Under the pieces are notes generated by a model. The model saw only the letters and a list, made by a program, of their open reading frames with translations, ran no database searches and was not told the origin of the DNA. This document shows positions 13,641-27,929 of a stretch of DNA of 64,000 nt, piece after piece. Position 1 is the first letter of the stretch. Every line of letters starts with the position of its first letter. This stretch comes from Botryllus schlosseri (taxonomy: Eukaryota). Position numbers and translations under genes: made by a program. The stretch covers positions 22,198,001 to 22,262,000 of the forward strand of contig CM119372.1 of NCBI GenBank assembly GCA_051294905.1, read 5' to 3'.

Positions 13641-13733
13641 CTGTACAGATTCTTCCGTCTCGCCTTTTTTGATATGAGTGAGGGCCTCGTCTAGAATAAC
13701 ATCTCCAGTCGGTGCATCATTTTTACAGCGGAC
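13641..13733 (-). CDS. GOLPH3: GOLPH3 exon 3: VRCKNDAPTGDVILDEALTHIKKGETEESVQ
   Basis: Conserved DAPTGDVxLDEAL motif. cag acceptor, gt donor, 93 nt, phases 0/0. Missed by the ORF track. Confidence 0.95.
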
Positions 13734-14210
13734 CTGCCAGAACAAAGTGCCATCACTTGATCCCCATTGTAACAAGGAGTAGCAAGCCAATGCACATCAA
13801 TCCAAAAAACAGATGTCAGTATCCAAACGTACCTCTGTTCTTCAAACTTAGTGCACTTTAGCATACGACATTTGAAATACCAGCATATGCAGTGGACTGT
13901 ATTTGTGAGTTATCCCACAGTAAAGTTGACAAAAAACTATGACATGACCCATCGACATGTTGAGTTGTTGACGTACGACCACTGAGATTCTTCAATGCAG
14001 TTCGTACCCAACATCACAGGCCTGTGCCGTCTGCCAGCATCATGTGGAGAAGTCACAACTCCCTGCTATCGACTAGTTAAAACACTGCTGTCAAGTTCAA
14101 GTTTGCTAGGTACCATTACATCACAGAGACCACCCACATGTCAACATGTTCTCAGTGATAAAATTGGCTATACAGTATATTGTTTGCAGTGATTTCAAAG
14201 CTTTGTACTA

Positions 14211-14576
<366 letters not shown>

Positions 14577-14925
14577 CTACTTGCAAAACCCCATATAGCA
14601 ATGGTGCTAATATATGCACATCAAATCCCAACTTTGGAGACTAACCCTAACTGGCAAATTGAAGACTTCGGACAGTGCAGAGGTGTTGGTCAGCAGCAAA
14701 TTGATGGAGAAAACTTGTATCCATTACAACATTGCAATATCTTTGCGCAAGAGAACCTCATGGCCCATGGGTTAGGACTAGGCCTATCCTTCGAAGATTT
14801 ACTAACAATAGTTTCTTACCAATGCTGTTAGGGTATAGCCTACTGCAACACGTGACTGGATTTGATATCCTATTTGCTAAATTTCATCCCAAGTAGCCTA
14901 TAGTGAATGGACAGTGAATACATAC

Positions 14926-15020
14926 CGTTCCTCGTCGCTTTTTTCATCATCACTCTTGTTCTTCTTGGTGCTTTCCGCTGCCGAGTTAGCAAGACGGCGT
15001 TTCACAAGACCAGTCGACAT
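14926..15020 (-). CDS. GOLPH3: GOLPH3 exon 1: MSTGLVKRRLANSAAESTKKNKSDDEKSDEER
   Basis: ATG at 15020, N-terminal GLVxRR motif as in GOLPH3/Vps74, gtatgt donor in phase 2 matching exon 2. Total CDS 846 nt = 281 aa + stop. Confidence 0.9.
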
Positions 15021-17922
15021 AGTGTACGAATTTTATAAGGTTACGATGGCGCTGTCGAATCTTATCTCCTTATAACTCGAGCGAAGAGGAATTTCATTGA
15101 TATCTCCAACGTCAATCGGTGTGAGAATAGAGTTGCGACACTTTTCATAAAATATCTACAATTCTACATACCGTAATATTAAAATCTGACAGGAAGAATA
15201 TTGCTTCATTAATGAGTTGAATGTGTTGATTGTGACACTGAAAGGAAGATAAGCCCGTAAAATTTACAAAGGGACCAGCAGGTAGCAAAATGCTTACATA
15301 GGAAAACAACGAATTACCGTTACGCTCCATCTATCAACAACAGGACGTGTTGCTAGCACTCTAGCAGCATGTCCGGATAGCCTATTTTACTGTGCACTAC
15401 AAGTCTACAACAGTTACTTTACCTTCCCGTCGCAGGTAAATAGCCTACTTTGACATAGGCTTCAAGATAAAGTTCAGAAATTATGCCTATGAGACTGATA
15501 GTTTTGATTGGTAAACTTTTTGCTTGTATTTTGGGATCTGGAAAGAGAACATCATACACATACACAACGCTAAGCATCCTAGAATCGCAGGAATGTGCCT
15601 TTCAACAATCAGGAAGAAATGCGACAAAGTTGTACGAGATTTCGATCCTCAACTACATCACCATGCTTGTCATGTCACAATCAGCCCTCACTTCATCCCT
15701 CAAAAGTTTCTGGAATTATTGAAAGTGCACAATATGTAGTTTTAGGGCATAATCATGTTATATCAGTTGGATTAATCTACTGGAGGTTTGAAAATTGTTC
15801 GAGATTCATCTGAGTTATCAATTGTACTCGTATCCCGTGACCCCCCTCCCCGAATAACAACGAGAGATGCAAAAAGTTGTGAGTTCTTAGGCTGGAAAAG
15901 GAGCTACTATTAAATAGATGGCATGCAAGAATGCCTTGAAACCAAATCCTGCAAATTTGCCTGAGGCTAACCATTCCAAGTGTTTGATACTTTGTAGCAC
16001 AGTCATTACAGTTCACTAGCACCTCAAGGCATCCAATGCTAATTTATGTGATTAACATTTTGTTCATGAATATATCAAGGAAATTTACTAGACCCCTCAC
16101 ACCCAGTAAATAGGCTATCTGTTACGGAATGTTCACAGATTCCAAACATCAAGTAATACCAATTTGAACGGAAATTGAATGAAAAAATGGAAGATAAATT
16201 TTGTAGAACCAAATAGGCTATTGGCTCAAAAATACATATGTCCTATCACTGATAGCATCTAAGCATATAAAATAACAGACTTTTACTTTCTCTAGTAAAA
16301 TATATTTGGTAATCAAGTTGCACTATCAGTGTTTGCTTGAATAGCCTTGATAGAGCAATATCAATTGTGCTGATGAATTCAAATGAAACAAGGCTTAAAG
16401 GGCAAGTGATAAACTCAACTGTATGCAATCACTGAGATATTCACTACTCAGAAGATATGTATATATAAATTACAGTTATATTCATTATTCAACGCAAGAT
16501 ACAAACAAGGCAACAATTTAATTGATGGTTATCACATTGTTTCTCTGAAAGATATAGTTAATCCAGAAAATGGTTAAATGAATTACATTCATTAAACTAT
16601 ATGACCAGCCTCACCACATATAACATTGCAAAACAAATAGGCTAGGCCTCTACCCGTGTGAACAGCCAAGAGCTTATAGTCACTTTCATGGTCTAGGCAC
16701 CAAGTACGCAATTAACAATTTTCACATATTTTTTATAGGTCAACTGATTGGGCCTATACTGAATAGGCGACTGTACATCATTTAGAGAATATTACAACAA
16801 ATTTAACCGAGATGGATTAAACCAACTTGGAAATATGTCTCGAAGATGCAAAGTTGATCGGATAAACTAGATACAAGCGGCTAAATTAGGGTCAGCAAGC
16901 GAACAATAAACAATATGTCACGCGAACTTTTCATCTTTTTGCTTAGGACAGATTATTGTGCCCCCAGTACCACAATTGCACGTACAAGTGGACCTACCAG
17001 AGGTATACGCCCAATACACGAGTCATGTTTCACACTATCATGGTTCATCTGTTGACCTCTGCTCAGTAGGCTATTTTGAACTGAAGTTGCAGTACAATGG
17101 GTGCTTACTTCATTAATGTATTGAGGGTTGTTTGACTAAAGCACATATTCTCATGTGTGAGATGAAAGTGAAAAATGGATATTAGAATTCGAACATCCGA
17201 AACCATGTCTCAGCATTGATCAATTAGATGCGAATATTGCAAAAGCACCTGCTACGTCCGACAAGATCTATCCAAATCCAAGACGCGACAAATCGAAAAC
17301 GCCTACAATCTACATTTTCCAAAGCGAAATGAAGTGCGATAAACTTAAGCACTCAAGTTAGAAACGGCCTATAACACGACAATTGGGTTTTAGTATAACC
17401 AACACAAACAGTCATTGAGATGCACGACCAGAAAACGTATCACGACAATAATTCGAAAGCTACAAGCCCAGCAGTCACTCATTCCATAAAATGCTTATGT
17501 GTGCATTATCATGTGTGATTATTAAGCTAATTTAGTGAGTACCTGATTCTCCCTGCATTCAACTCGAGCTGAAAGCAGTCTACAACTCTTCATTTACACA
17601 AGATACGAAAATAAGTTAATATGGATTGTGGCGATGTCGTCGCGTTAGGTAACATACTCGAACGTGAGACAAAGGTTTCTGCATATGTGAGACTTTGCCA
17701 AAATAAGGAACATAAAAGTATAAAGGGGACAGACATGATAATAGTTTACAAAAGACTGCTAACAATGAGAATCATACTATCAAAACATTCGTGACACTAG
17801 AAAATCTTACTTCAACTAGGCTGATTTAAAAGTAAGGGTGCATAGCCCCGAACTCGCCGGTATGCACCTTATCTAGCCCTGGTCACAATAAGAAGTTATC
17901 ACTGAAACGTTTATAGCAATAG

Positions 17923-18307
17923 CAGTGGTTCCCAACCTTTTTCGACTCATAGCCCCCTTATCAATCTCGACACAAATTCTCGCCCCCCAATATTTATGGA
18001 TCCGAAAAAGAGGGCATATAATCCGGAAATTTATTCCCTTAACTCTGATCGGTGGTGAATTTACTAAGGGCTATTTTTGCCGAGGTGGTAGGTGCTTGGA
18101 AAACCTGTTTCCGCGTCTACGTTCCGTTGAGTTTACCTTTTTTTCGTGTCATACGCAGAATAAGCCGTCTCCACATGCATATTCTGATCGTGTTAATTGA
18201 CTATATCTCACTGGATGTTCTAACATTTTCACCCCTTTGGTATTTTCAAGACCTTGTTGCTCAAAATTGCCCGCTGGGGGCGATATCACCCACATTGGCA
18301 ATCACAG
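17923..18307. mobile_element. Degenerate CAGTGGTTCCCAAC hAT MITE
   Basis: Left end and gggcgatatc subterminal motif match 56761..57150 and 23966..25301. Right TIR decayed. Confidence 0.65.
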
Positions 18308-21300
18308 GGTCACTCTACTATGTTTTTGCAATTTTCCATTGTAGAAAAGATCACGGTTTGACGACGAGTACCTTGCAAACCCAGGCCCACGCATACAATA
18401 TTAAGAATAAATGCTTGATTTTGTTCTTGTAGTGTATGGCTTAATTTTATATATGTATGACTAGAAGATGGTTCACTGATATTGAAGTACAATGCATGAC
18501 AAAAACCTCAACTTATTGAATTTGGATTATCAACATTTTATCAACAAAGGAAAAGATCAAATCTTGTGTAGATCAAAAAGTCTTAAAGCAGCAAGCATGT
18601 AGCAATAGTAACTGCAGATGGGAGCAATATTACTTATGGTAGGCTACATCAGGAAGAATTTCAGATCTGAGAAAAAGCTGGTTCCTGGTTTGCATCAGTC
18701 AATGCAGTTGGTATTTGCGACACCCATACAGGCAGCCAGAAAAAAACACTATCAGCTCTTAACGAAAAATGAGCATCACAAGATGCATTGAGACCAGGTG
18801 AATAAGTGCGAAATATTATAATTCATTTTTTCATTCTTGACATTTGACATTAAATTTAATGGAATAGGATAGGAATTTCCCTTGTATGACAAACCAATTT
18901 TTGGTGTGATGCTACTAGAATCGTGCGACAGCTTGTATTTCCCTGAAAGGAATCTGTCACAAGAGACCAATTGCGCAACTTTTAGCAGGCTTGAGTGATG
19001 CATACAGTATATACAAGCCAATACAGATACAGTGCTATCATAACTACAAAGCAATATATACCGAGGGCATAGGAAAATGTTGGTATTTGCGATTAACTGA
19101 TCCCTTCAGCAAAAATCAATTTATAGCATAAGTGGTGGGCCAGACGACAATCCATAACTGAACAGGGCACACTGCACATGCAACGTTTGATTAAGTCTGC
19201 AATTATATGTGCCACAGACACCAATTCCATACTACGGCCGAAGAGTGGTACTCATTAAATAATATCATCGTCCCAGCACGTAGTTAACGCGGACAAAAAT
19301 AAATAGTTGCGATTCCTTCTTTTCTAACCCTTGATTCCCCGTGCAGAATCTCGGTACCATTTCAGCAATAAATGTGATGATTCTCAGAGTGCAGTAAGGT
19401 ACTTGGTGTGCGGTGAGAGATTTGGCGAGCAATTGAGCACAGGACACTGATTCCATACTGGGTATTTGGCCGGCAATTGCTCGATAAACATGTTGCCATG
19501 TTGACATGGTACAATACACTCCAATCAATAAGAAATCGCTGTATGTGGTAGTGGTATGCACAATTACGCGAGCTTCGTCAGCTCGTCAGCAGATATGTAG
19601 GAATATGTACTAGTAGCCTAAGTTAATCGGCAACTGAATGGACATGGTATGGTTAAGTAGGGTTAATAACGCTTTATTCCCATGATTCAAGAAACATATA
19701 TAGCCTGCGGTGTCAACGGCACGCAGGATCACACCGACTTGGTCGCCAGTTGCACGCGGTCACGGGTGATTGGTTTCATAAAAAAAATATATATAGAAAT
19801 TTTTTTTAAAAAAGGTAGTGTTCTCAGCCACCACAAATGCTACATTGCAGTTAATATGTGGTATACAACGTTTTGACCTGATCCTTTGGCCAGGATCTGC
19901 TGACTTTAGTATCTATTGGTAAAGTACTTGCACCTTGCCAGTTGCTAACCATAAGCATCTGATCTCTTGTTACTGACTATGCAACGTCGGCTCTGTCACG
20001 CGAGAAAAGCTCCCATCATCACGCAGGATTCATTTTAAAAAATGCACCGAAATTCCATATTACGATTACTGTGTATCATTTTAGTCAAATAACGTATCCG
20101 TGGAACACAGATTATGCGTCACTTTCAGCACAAAGGAGCTCTTATCATCAGGCATTTACATTTCTACGGCCAACCGGACAAAGCAATTGAACCGGTAGTA
20201 TTTGAAACCAGTCGCCAACCTGGCCCAGGAATACACGCTGAATGAAAAGTAAAAAATATAATGCAAAAGGACAAGCAACAAAATGAGGTGGCGATTATCT
20301 TATGTCAATGTGACGGAATCCATGTTCAGCAGCTATACATTATTACAAGACAACTATCCGTAATTTTCCGTGTTAATATGAGGACATAATTATTTAGAAA
20401 GAAAGAGACATGTATAACCTGCAAAAATAACCAACCACATCTCACGTATGTAATCAAAACATAATAATCGAAGGCGGTAGTCGCACTACCGGATTCATAG
20501 GTGTCGAGCAAGCAGATTGTCAAGCCATGAAAGAAACCTCGAGTCCATGGCAAAAATACTGGTATCGATACGGTTTTGGGATCGAGGATGACATATTCTA
20601 ATAAAACCTCGCGTTTTGTCTGTCACTAGATATATAGCCTAAAATATGAGGAATTGTGATATTTCGAGAAAAAATTCAAATAAACAAAATATCTTCTCCT
20701 TATTCTTGAGAAAAAATATGACCCCAAACTTCCACGTCAAAATATATGTGAGCCATACAAGAAGGATGGTATTTCTTTCGAATGTGACAAGTATTTCAGT
20801 TCAGATTACTGTTAGAAATTTTATTCAAGTCAATACACCACAATATTGCGATACAATGAGAAGATAGGAAAGAGTCGAAACGACGTGGAGTAGTCTTTGA
20901 AAATCTGGTCCAAGGCGATGTAAAGAGAGAGGGCATGCGCACTGAATGAAAAGTAAAAACTATATGCATTTATGCAACACATCCAAAATGTCTCGGCCTT
21001 CGCCGTAGTTCCCACGATGCCAGTTATATTTATTCAGAGCTATCAAGATAAATTTATCTATATTGGTATTTATCATCTAAAATAAAATCTAAAATCTTGT
21101 CGACAGATAGCGCCAAAGGTGGACGAAACTATAGGCCCTTTTCATAACGGATTTACGAAACTCTTTCGGGAACAAGTTCCGAAACAGGCGATGTTCACAT
21201 AGAGAAAAAATTACCGAAACAGTTCCGGGATAAGAGCGCGTTCATACCTATTTAGAGTTACCGCGAACTTATGTTCATACAGGTCGTTTTTTCGGTAAAT

Positions 21301-21319
21301 TCGCGGGAAATTACTACAG

Positions 21320-23755
21320 GGTTGGTTCGATTGGTTTGAAATAAGGACAAATATGTTAGAAATGAGGTGAGTCTCATGTCAGAAATGAGGATAGTCATGT
21401 CAGAAATGAGGATAGTCATGTCAGAAATAAGGATAGTCGCTATATTCACTATAAAGTCAGTTACAGTACCAGGCACGACTTTCTAGTGCTGCTAACCCAG
21501 TCCGAACACATCCCAGACATGATGTCCAAACACGCCCCAGACACGATGTCCTGGTATCAACACAGGCCGAACACGCCCGAGACATCATGTCCGAATGGCA
21601 TCACAGGCCGAACACACCCCAGACATAATGTGTGAATGGCATCATAGGCCGACCACATCCCAGACATGATGTCCAAACACGGCCCAGACACGATGTCCGG
21701 GTATCAACACAGGCCGAACACGCCCAAGACACCATGTCCGAATGGCAACACAGGCCGAAAACACCCCAGACATGATGTCTGAACACGCCCCAGATACGAT
21801 GTCCGGGTATCAACACGGGCCGAACACGCCCAAAAGACACCATGTCCGAATGGCAACACGGACCGAACACGCCCCAGACACGATGTCCGAGTGTCAACTC
21901 AGATCCGAAAACAACCCAGACACCATGCTTGAATGGCCGAACATGTCCCAGACACGATGTCCGATTGGCAGCACAGGCCGAACACACCACAGACATGATG
22001 TCCAAACACGCCCCAGATACGATGTCCGGGTATCAACACAGGCCGAACACGCCCTAGACATCATGTGTGAATGGCAGTACAGGCCGAACACCCCCCCCCC
22101 CCCCCAGACATGATGTCCGAACACGCCCCAGATACGTTGTCCGGGTATCAACACGGCCGAACACACCCAAGACACCATGTCCGAATGGCAGCTCAGATCC
22201 GAAAACAACCCAGACACCATGCTTGAATGGCCGAACATGCCCCAGACACGATGTCCGATTGGCAGCACAGGCCGAACACACCACAGACATGATGTCCAAA
22301 CACGCCCCAGATACGATGTCCGGGTATCAACACAGGCCGAACACGCCCTAGACATCATGTGTGACTGGCAGTACAGGCCGAACACCCCCCCCCCAGACAT
22401 GATGTCCGAATACGCCCCAAATACGTTGTCCGGGTATCAACACGGCCGAACACACCCAAGACTCCATGTCCGAATGGCAGCACAGGCCGAACACACCCCA
22501 GACATAATGTGTGAATGGCATCATAGGCCGCAGACACAATGTCCGAACACAGCCGAGATACCATGTTTGAATGGCCGAACATGCCCCAGACACGATGTCC
22601 GATTGGCAGCACAGGCCGAACACACCCCAGACATGATGTCCAAACACGCCCCAGATACGATGCCCGGGTATCAACACAGGCCGAACACGCCCAAGACACC
22701 ATGTCCGAATGGCAACACAGGCCGATAACACCCCAGACATGATGTCCAAATACGCCCCAGATACGAAGTCCGGGTATCAACACGGGCCGAACACGCCCAA
22801 GACACCATGTCCGAATGGCAACACAGGCCGAACACACCCCAGACACGATGTCCAAGTATCAACACAGGCCGAACACGCCCAAGACACCATGTCCGAATGG
22901 CAACACGGACCGAACACGCCCCAGACACGATGTCCGAGTGTCAACGTCAACTCAGATCCGAAAACAACCCAGACACCATGCTTGAATGGCCGAGCATGCC
23001 CCAGACACGATGTCCGATTGGCAGCACAGGCCGAACACAACCCATACATGGTGTCGGAACGCCCCAGACACGATGTGCTATTGGCAACACAGTCCCAACA
23101 CCCCCCAGACACGATGTTAATAAGGTTGGTCGTGTTTGAAATAAGGTCAGTCTAGTGTTTGAAATAAGGATAGTCATGTTAGAAATAAGGATAGCCATGT
23201 TTGATATAGGGATAGTCATGTTTGAAATAAGGATAGTCTCATGTTTGGAATGAGGATAGTCATGTCAGAAATGAGGATAGTCATGTCAGAAATAAGGATA
23301 GTCGCTATATTCACTATAAAGTCAGTTACAGTACCAGGCACGACTTTCTAGTGCTGCTAACCCAGTCCGAACACATCCCAGACATGATGTCCGAACACGC
23401 CCCAGATACGATGTCCGGGTATCAATACAGGCCGAACACGCCCGAGACATCATGTCCGAATGGCATCACAGGCCGAACACACCCCAGACATAATGTGTGA
23501 ATGGCATCATAGGCCGACCACATCCCAGACATGATGTCCGAAGTCGCCGCAGACACAATGTCCGAACACAGCCGAGACACCATGTTTGAATGGCCGAACA
23601 TGCCCCAGACACGATGTCCGATTGGCAGCACAGGCCGAACACACCCCAGATATGATGTCCGAACTCGCCGCAGACACGATGTCTGAGTGTCAACTCAGGC
23701 CGACACGCCCCAGATATAATGTCTGAATGGCATCATAGGCCGAACACGCCCCAAT
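21320..23755 (+). repeat. Left arm: modular minisatellite array (A-B-A'-B')
   Basis: A = 21-nt gtcagaaatgaggatagtcat tandem block plus linker. B = 24-nt ccgaacacgccccagacacgatgt units with optional 17-nt inserts (ccgaatggcaacacagg, ccgggtatcaacacagg), giving ~106-nt higher-order units. Confidence 0.95.
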
Positions 23756-23965
23756 AACTTCGCTATCTCGTGTCGCAAATTTATAAGGTTGAACTTACTT
23801 AATACAGCCATAATGCACATTTTACCTCATTTTGACGTGTCGCAAGCAATAAAGCACAAGTATGTTTTGGAATGTAATCAAATGTATTGCAAACAAGAAT
23901 ATTCATGAATGCTAGCTAGGAGAAATCTCAAGATCATGCGTTGTCATGCAAATATTTGTGTAGTC

Positions 23966-25301
23966 CAGTGGTTCCCAACGTGGGCGATATCGCCCCCCGG
24001 GGGGCGATTTGTCGGTCCAGGGGGGCGAAAATAGCCAAGGGGCGATAGGGGGGCGAAAACGGACGAAGGGGGCGATAGGGGGCGATGGCGCGTTGAAATG
24101 GCTATATTGGCGTCCATGACCGTAACTGCCACACCCAAACCCCAATTGGGATGGGGGCCCGAGATCGAAGGAGGCCCACAATTCTTTCGTGAATTAACAA
24201 TAATTATTGTGGAAATTTAGGCAACTTTTTCAAAAAAATTCCGCGCTGCGCGCCTTTTCTTGGTCTCATATTTCTTACTTATTGGATACCCTTCCTCCAA
24301 GAAATAATATGCATGAGTTATATAAATGGGCATCTCGGCATCAGTCACACCATGTCGCACCAAGAGATATGTATAGTCTCAGGCCATGTAACATGCGACT
24401 CCGAGAAGTGGGCCAGAACGCGAAAACCTTAGGGAAAAGGCCTGCCTTTATGCTGACCGACTTCGATATATATACGATAGACATATATATTTAATTGTAT
24501 ATATGCGCCTAAATGGCTGGCGCCAAATGTTCCTGTCCTGGCAATCAGAACCCCACAAAATTATGCCATCTCGCAGAGAAAAATTAATTGCCTGTGCAGA
24601 CATACCAATTTCAACTCGTGTGAATCTTTTAGTTTAGTACGTATGGGCGATTTGAATATCTTTTGGCATAGCAGACAGGCCACAAAATGTCATTACGTAA
24701 CGAAGTCATTATACCCACGGGTTCGCCCGAATATGTTAAATTATTATTTACGGGCCCTACATTTTCCAAGACACCTAACTCAGCTTTACCGGTAAATCTG
24801 AATACATGAGCAGAGAGAGGATAAGAAATTGATAGAAATATATATGCAATTCCCGATCATATTGACCGATTCAATCATACCGATGGAAATTTTTCGCGCT
24901 TCGCACGAATTAAGCCGACTAACTAATGAGTCCAACAATTTGTGCTGAGAAGTAGCGGTGAAGAGGTATCGGGGGAGTTGGGTATGAGGGGTGCAGAAGT
25001 TTGCTTTATCGCCCTATGGAGGGGGGGGGTCAAGACCAACGTATTGGGGGCTGACGAAGTGCTGTTATGGTCCTTTTGGAATCAAGTCGGAGAAATCACC
25101 TTTTTTGTTACTCAGCTCACCAAAATTTAGCTGGGAAAGTGAAATTTCGCGGTCGAGCCGAAAAGTTGACCTTTTTTCTTAGTCAACTCGCCGGTGATTT
25201 CAGTCTGTATGCCCATTCTTCGGTTCCCCATATTTGGGGGGCGATGATCGGCGTGGAGTTTGAAAAGGGGGCGATGAGCCAAAAAAGGTTGGGAACCACT
25301 G
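23966..25301. mobile_element. CAGTGGTTCCCAAC hAT non-autonomous element
   Basis: 14-bp TIR, perfect TSD gtgtagtc. Longer than the 390-bp relative at 56761..57150. Confidence 0.9.
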
Positions 25302-25329
25302 GTGTAGTCTGTAGGAGTCGACACCATGC

Positions 25330-25700
25330 GAGTGCGTTCAACGCTTCCATTTGAAGTATTTCATCAAATTCAGCTCCATCTTCCTCGTCTGAATTGATAG
25401 ATTGTGAAGGCAGAGGCAGGCTATTGTCACAATTATATTCTGAGGTTCTTCCTTGAATATAGGCAATGCGCGAGATATTTTTTCAACACCCAAAGCACTG
25501 TGCTCTATGCCAGAAAGGGTAACATTATGTATGAAAACAATAGTGACATTTTTCGGTCAATGTTCTTGGCCATAATAGTGGCGTGAATAAGTAAGTCCTC
25601 AGTGGATAGTCAGCATCTCCAAAAGCATAATCTTCATCATTTAATATTAATATGCCAAAATGCTGGACAGTTGTGTCTTCAAAAATCGGAATCACAGTCG
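25330..25700 (-). pseudogene. Harbinger/HARBI1-like transposase relic
   Basis: FGDADYPLRTYLFTPL resembles the GDSGYPLRxxLxTP motif. Downstream frameshifted HNVTLSGIEH..(A)FG(V)LKK resembles HxxTRxxIExxFGxLK. Confidence 0.65.
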
Positions 25701-27339
25701 CACTCTTTCTTCGAATACTTTGCGATAACGTACTGAACATCTGCCAGATACTTCCTCGGGGTTCTATTCTGATCACCCGTCCGTAAATTTCAACAACTAT
25801 AGCAATTTCATATTCCTTCACTGCATCGCTTTACTATACAGCATCAGCAAGCAACTAAAAACAATAACTATCTGGCCACAAATATCCTGCGTTGTAAACC
25901 AGGGCTGTCAAACTCAAAATTACGTCGCGGGCCGGATTCAAACATTCGAAATGCTCGCGGGCCACCGGCTTTGCTTTTCACTTGAACATATTGTTACCAA
26001 GCTAGCAAGAATAAGTAGAGCAACACTTTGATCGCGAACAATGAAATTGACGATGATGATTGGTTGGTTCAATGCACTTATGAACCGCTGCTAAAACAGT
26101 CGCGGTAACGACGATACAAGTTCACTTATTTCTATGCTCCATTTACTTGAGTCGTAATATATCGTTAACCGTATGTATGCGTTGTGAGGATTGATGAATT
26201 CCAGAGATTCAACTGTAAACGCGGACTTTTGAATTTGTTGTATTTTATTTGTATTATTAAATCACGATTCAGGTTTCTCTACATTACGGGGACCTTTTGA
26301 GTCAGAAATGATACAGCACCGCGACCATGCACTGATATTTGTGTAAGAGTCGTATGAATTGATTTTATCATTGGATTAAAGCTGAAATCGCAGATACTTT
26401 GCTGTATAGTACCCCATTCACCAATGTATTGTTCGAAGCTGGTCCAGAATGATCATTATTCCACACAACAGTGGAACTAAAGTCCCAATTACACAGTGGA
26501 TGCCGGGATCTGATCATCGTGTTTCGCGATGCGAATGGAGCAGCGGGCGATCAGAATAATATTCAGGACTTCTAGCCTATGATCTACGAGGGCTGTAACT
26601 GCCACACCGAAACCCCCAATTGGGAGCTCGAAGGGGTCCAATATTATTTTGTTGGTCGTTTGTTAGTGGATATTTATTCAACTTGGAAAATTCTGTCACG
26701 CTTCGCGCGATTTCATGCCCCATTATGCCTAGATTTTAATATCATCACTCATCAGTAAAGAAATATGCGCATATTTTAGAGAAATATGCATATCGGCGCT
26801 GTCGATTACCACGCAATCAACAGGATTATAACTCTAAGATAAGAGGTGGGCCACAACACATTTTCAAACCGGAAAAGGCCTACGACCAAGAATAGGCTGA
26901 GAGCCCCTGGGCTTTACCTGTCGGGTAGAACCTAAGCTATATCCTATAGCCGCTATATAGACTATACATTGGGTTCGATCTGATAGGTATGGCCCCTACC
27001 CTGCGCTCGGAATATCAACCTTGATTTTATCCCGAAAATAGTACATACAATTATTAGTTCGATAAATAGTTGAGTGGTCATTGGGCGCGATTCATGAGCG
27101 AAATAATTCTAATTAGGTCAAGTCAAAACCCGGCATGAGCGACCATACTTCGACCTTTACCGCATCGTCTTTAGTACAATGCTTAAATATGGAAGCGGCA
27201 ACCATGAATGTCTGAGAGGAGACGGCGGTGGAAAAAAGGTTGAGAATCACTGGAATATACCGAAGAAGCTAGAGAACATTGATGCCATCGGGTATATAGA
27301 CCTATAGCACTAAAACAGTGCCATTCAACACACATGTAT

Positions 27340-27910
27340 TTGTATTATATTTTATAAGAGCCAGGGCACCAGAAAACCCTCAAAATCGCCAAGGAACTAG
27401 AAATCGGATTCCCCACGTACTAGGGATGGGATGAATCTCTAAAAGGTTCAGGTTCGTGTGAACTTGAACCTTTTTGAAATGTTCTGTGTGAACGCGAAAG
27501 TGAAACTATGCCGTCAAGTGACGTCATATTGCCAATTGCAACTCTGCATTTCGAAAGGATTGATGGATTGGATTGTGGTACACTTACTTTTGTGCAGGAA
27601 CTATTCACAGGGATCATTTCAGATCGAAATACTAGTTAAATATGTGGATTCGACAAGGAATGCAAGAAAATGATGGAGTTCAGCTATGGTGAGCCAGGCA
27701 ATGCTATCATGGCAGAAAAGGGATTCACCATTGAGTCTGAAATCAAGAAATTGAATCTAGATTTAAATATTCCTTCACATGATTTACACAACGTCAAATG
27801 CCTGAGCCAGACTGTTCCACAACAAGAAAGATGGCGAGAGAACGTATTCATATTGAACAGCTGATCGGAAGAATCAAGGAGTATAAAATTTTGTCCGGTG
27901 TCATACTATG
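27340..27910 (+). pseudogene. ISL2EU/Harbinger-group DDE transposase relic
   Basis: Fragments ELFTGIISD, EPGNAIMAEKGFTI...LNIP and TRKMARERIHIEQLIGRIKEYKILSGVI in shifted frames, resembling GDxxMADKGFxI and ARxRIHVERxIGRIK. Confidence 0.7.
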
Positions 27911-27929
27911 CAGCATTGTGTATCACAAC

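Noticed and set aside
15480..19880. Short ORFs upstream of GOLPH3
   Set aside because: No recognisable domain or consistent exon chain.
16365..20160. Other CTGATGA...GAAA hits (~16370, ~20145 reverse; also ~58300)
   Set aside because: They lack a pairing helix I or the UH cleavage site, so they are not called hammerheads.
21500..23755. CRISPR-like repeat/spacer array
   Set aside because: The 'spacers' are a few re-used 17-nt variants rather than unique sequences; the context is eukaryotic and no cas genes are present.
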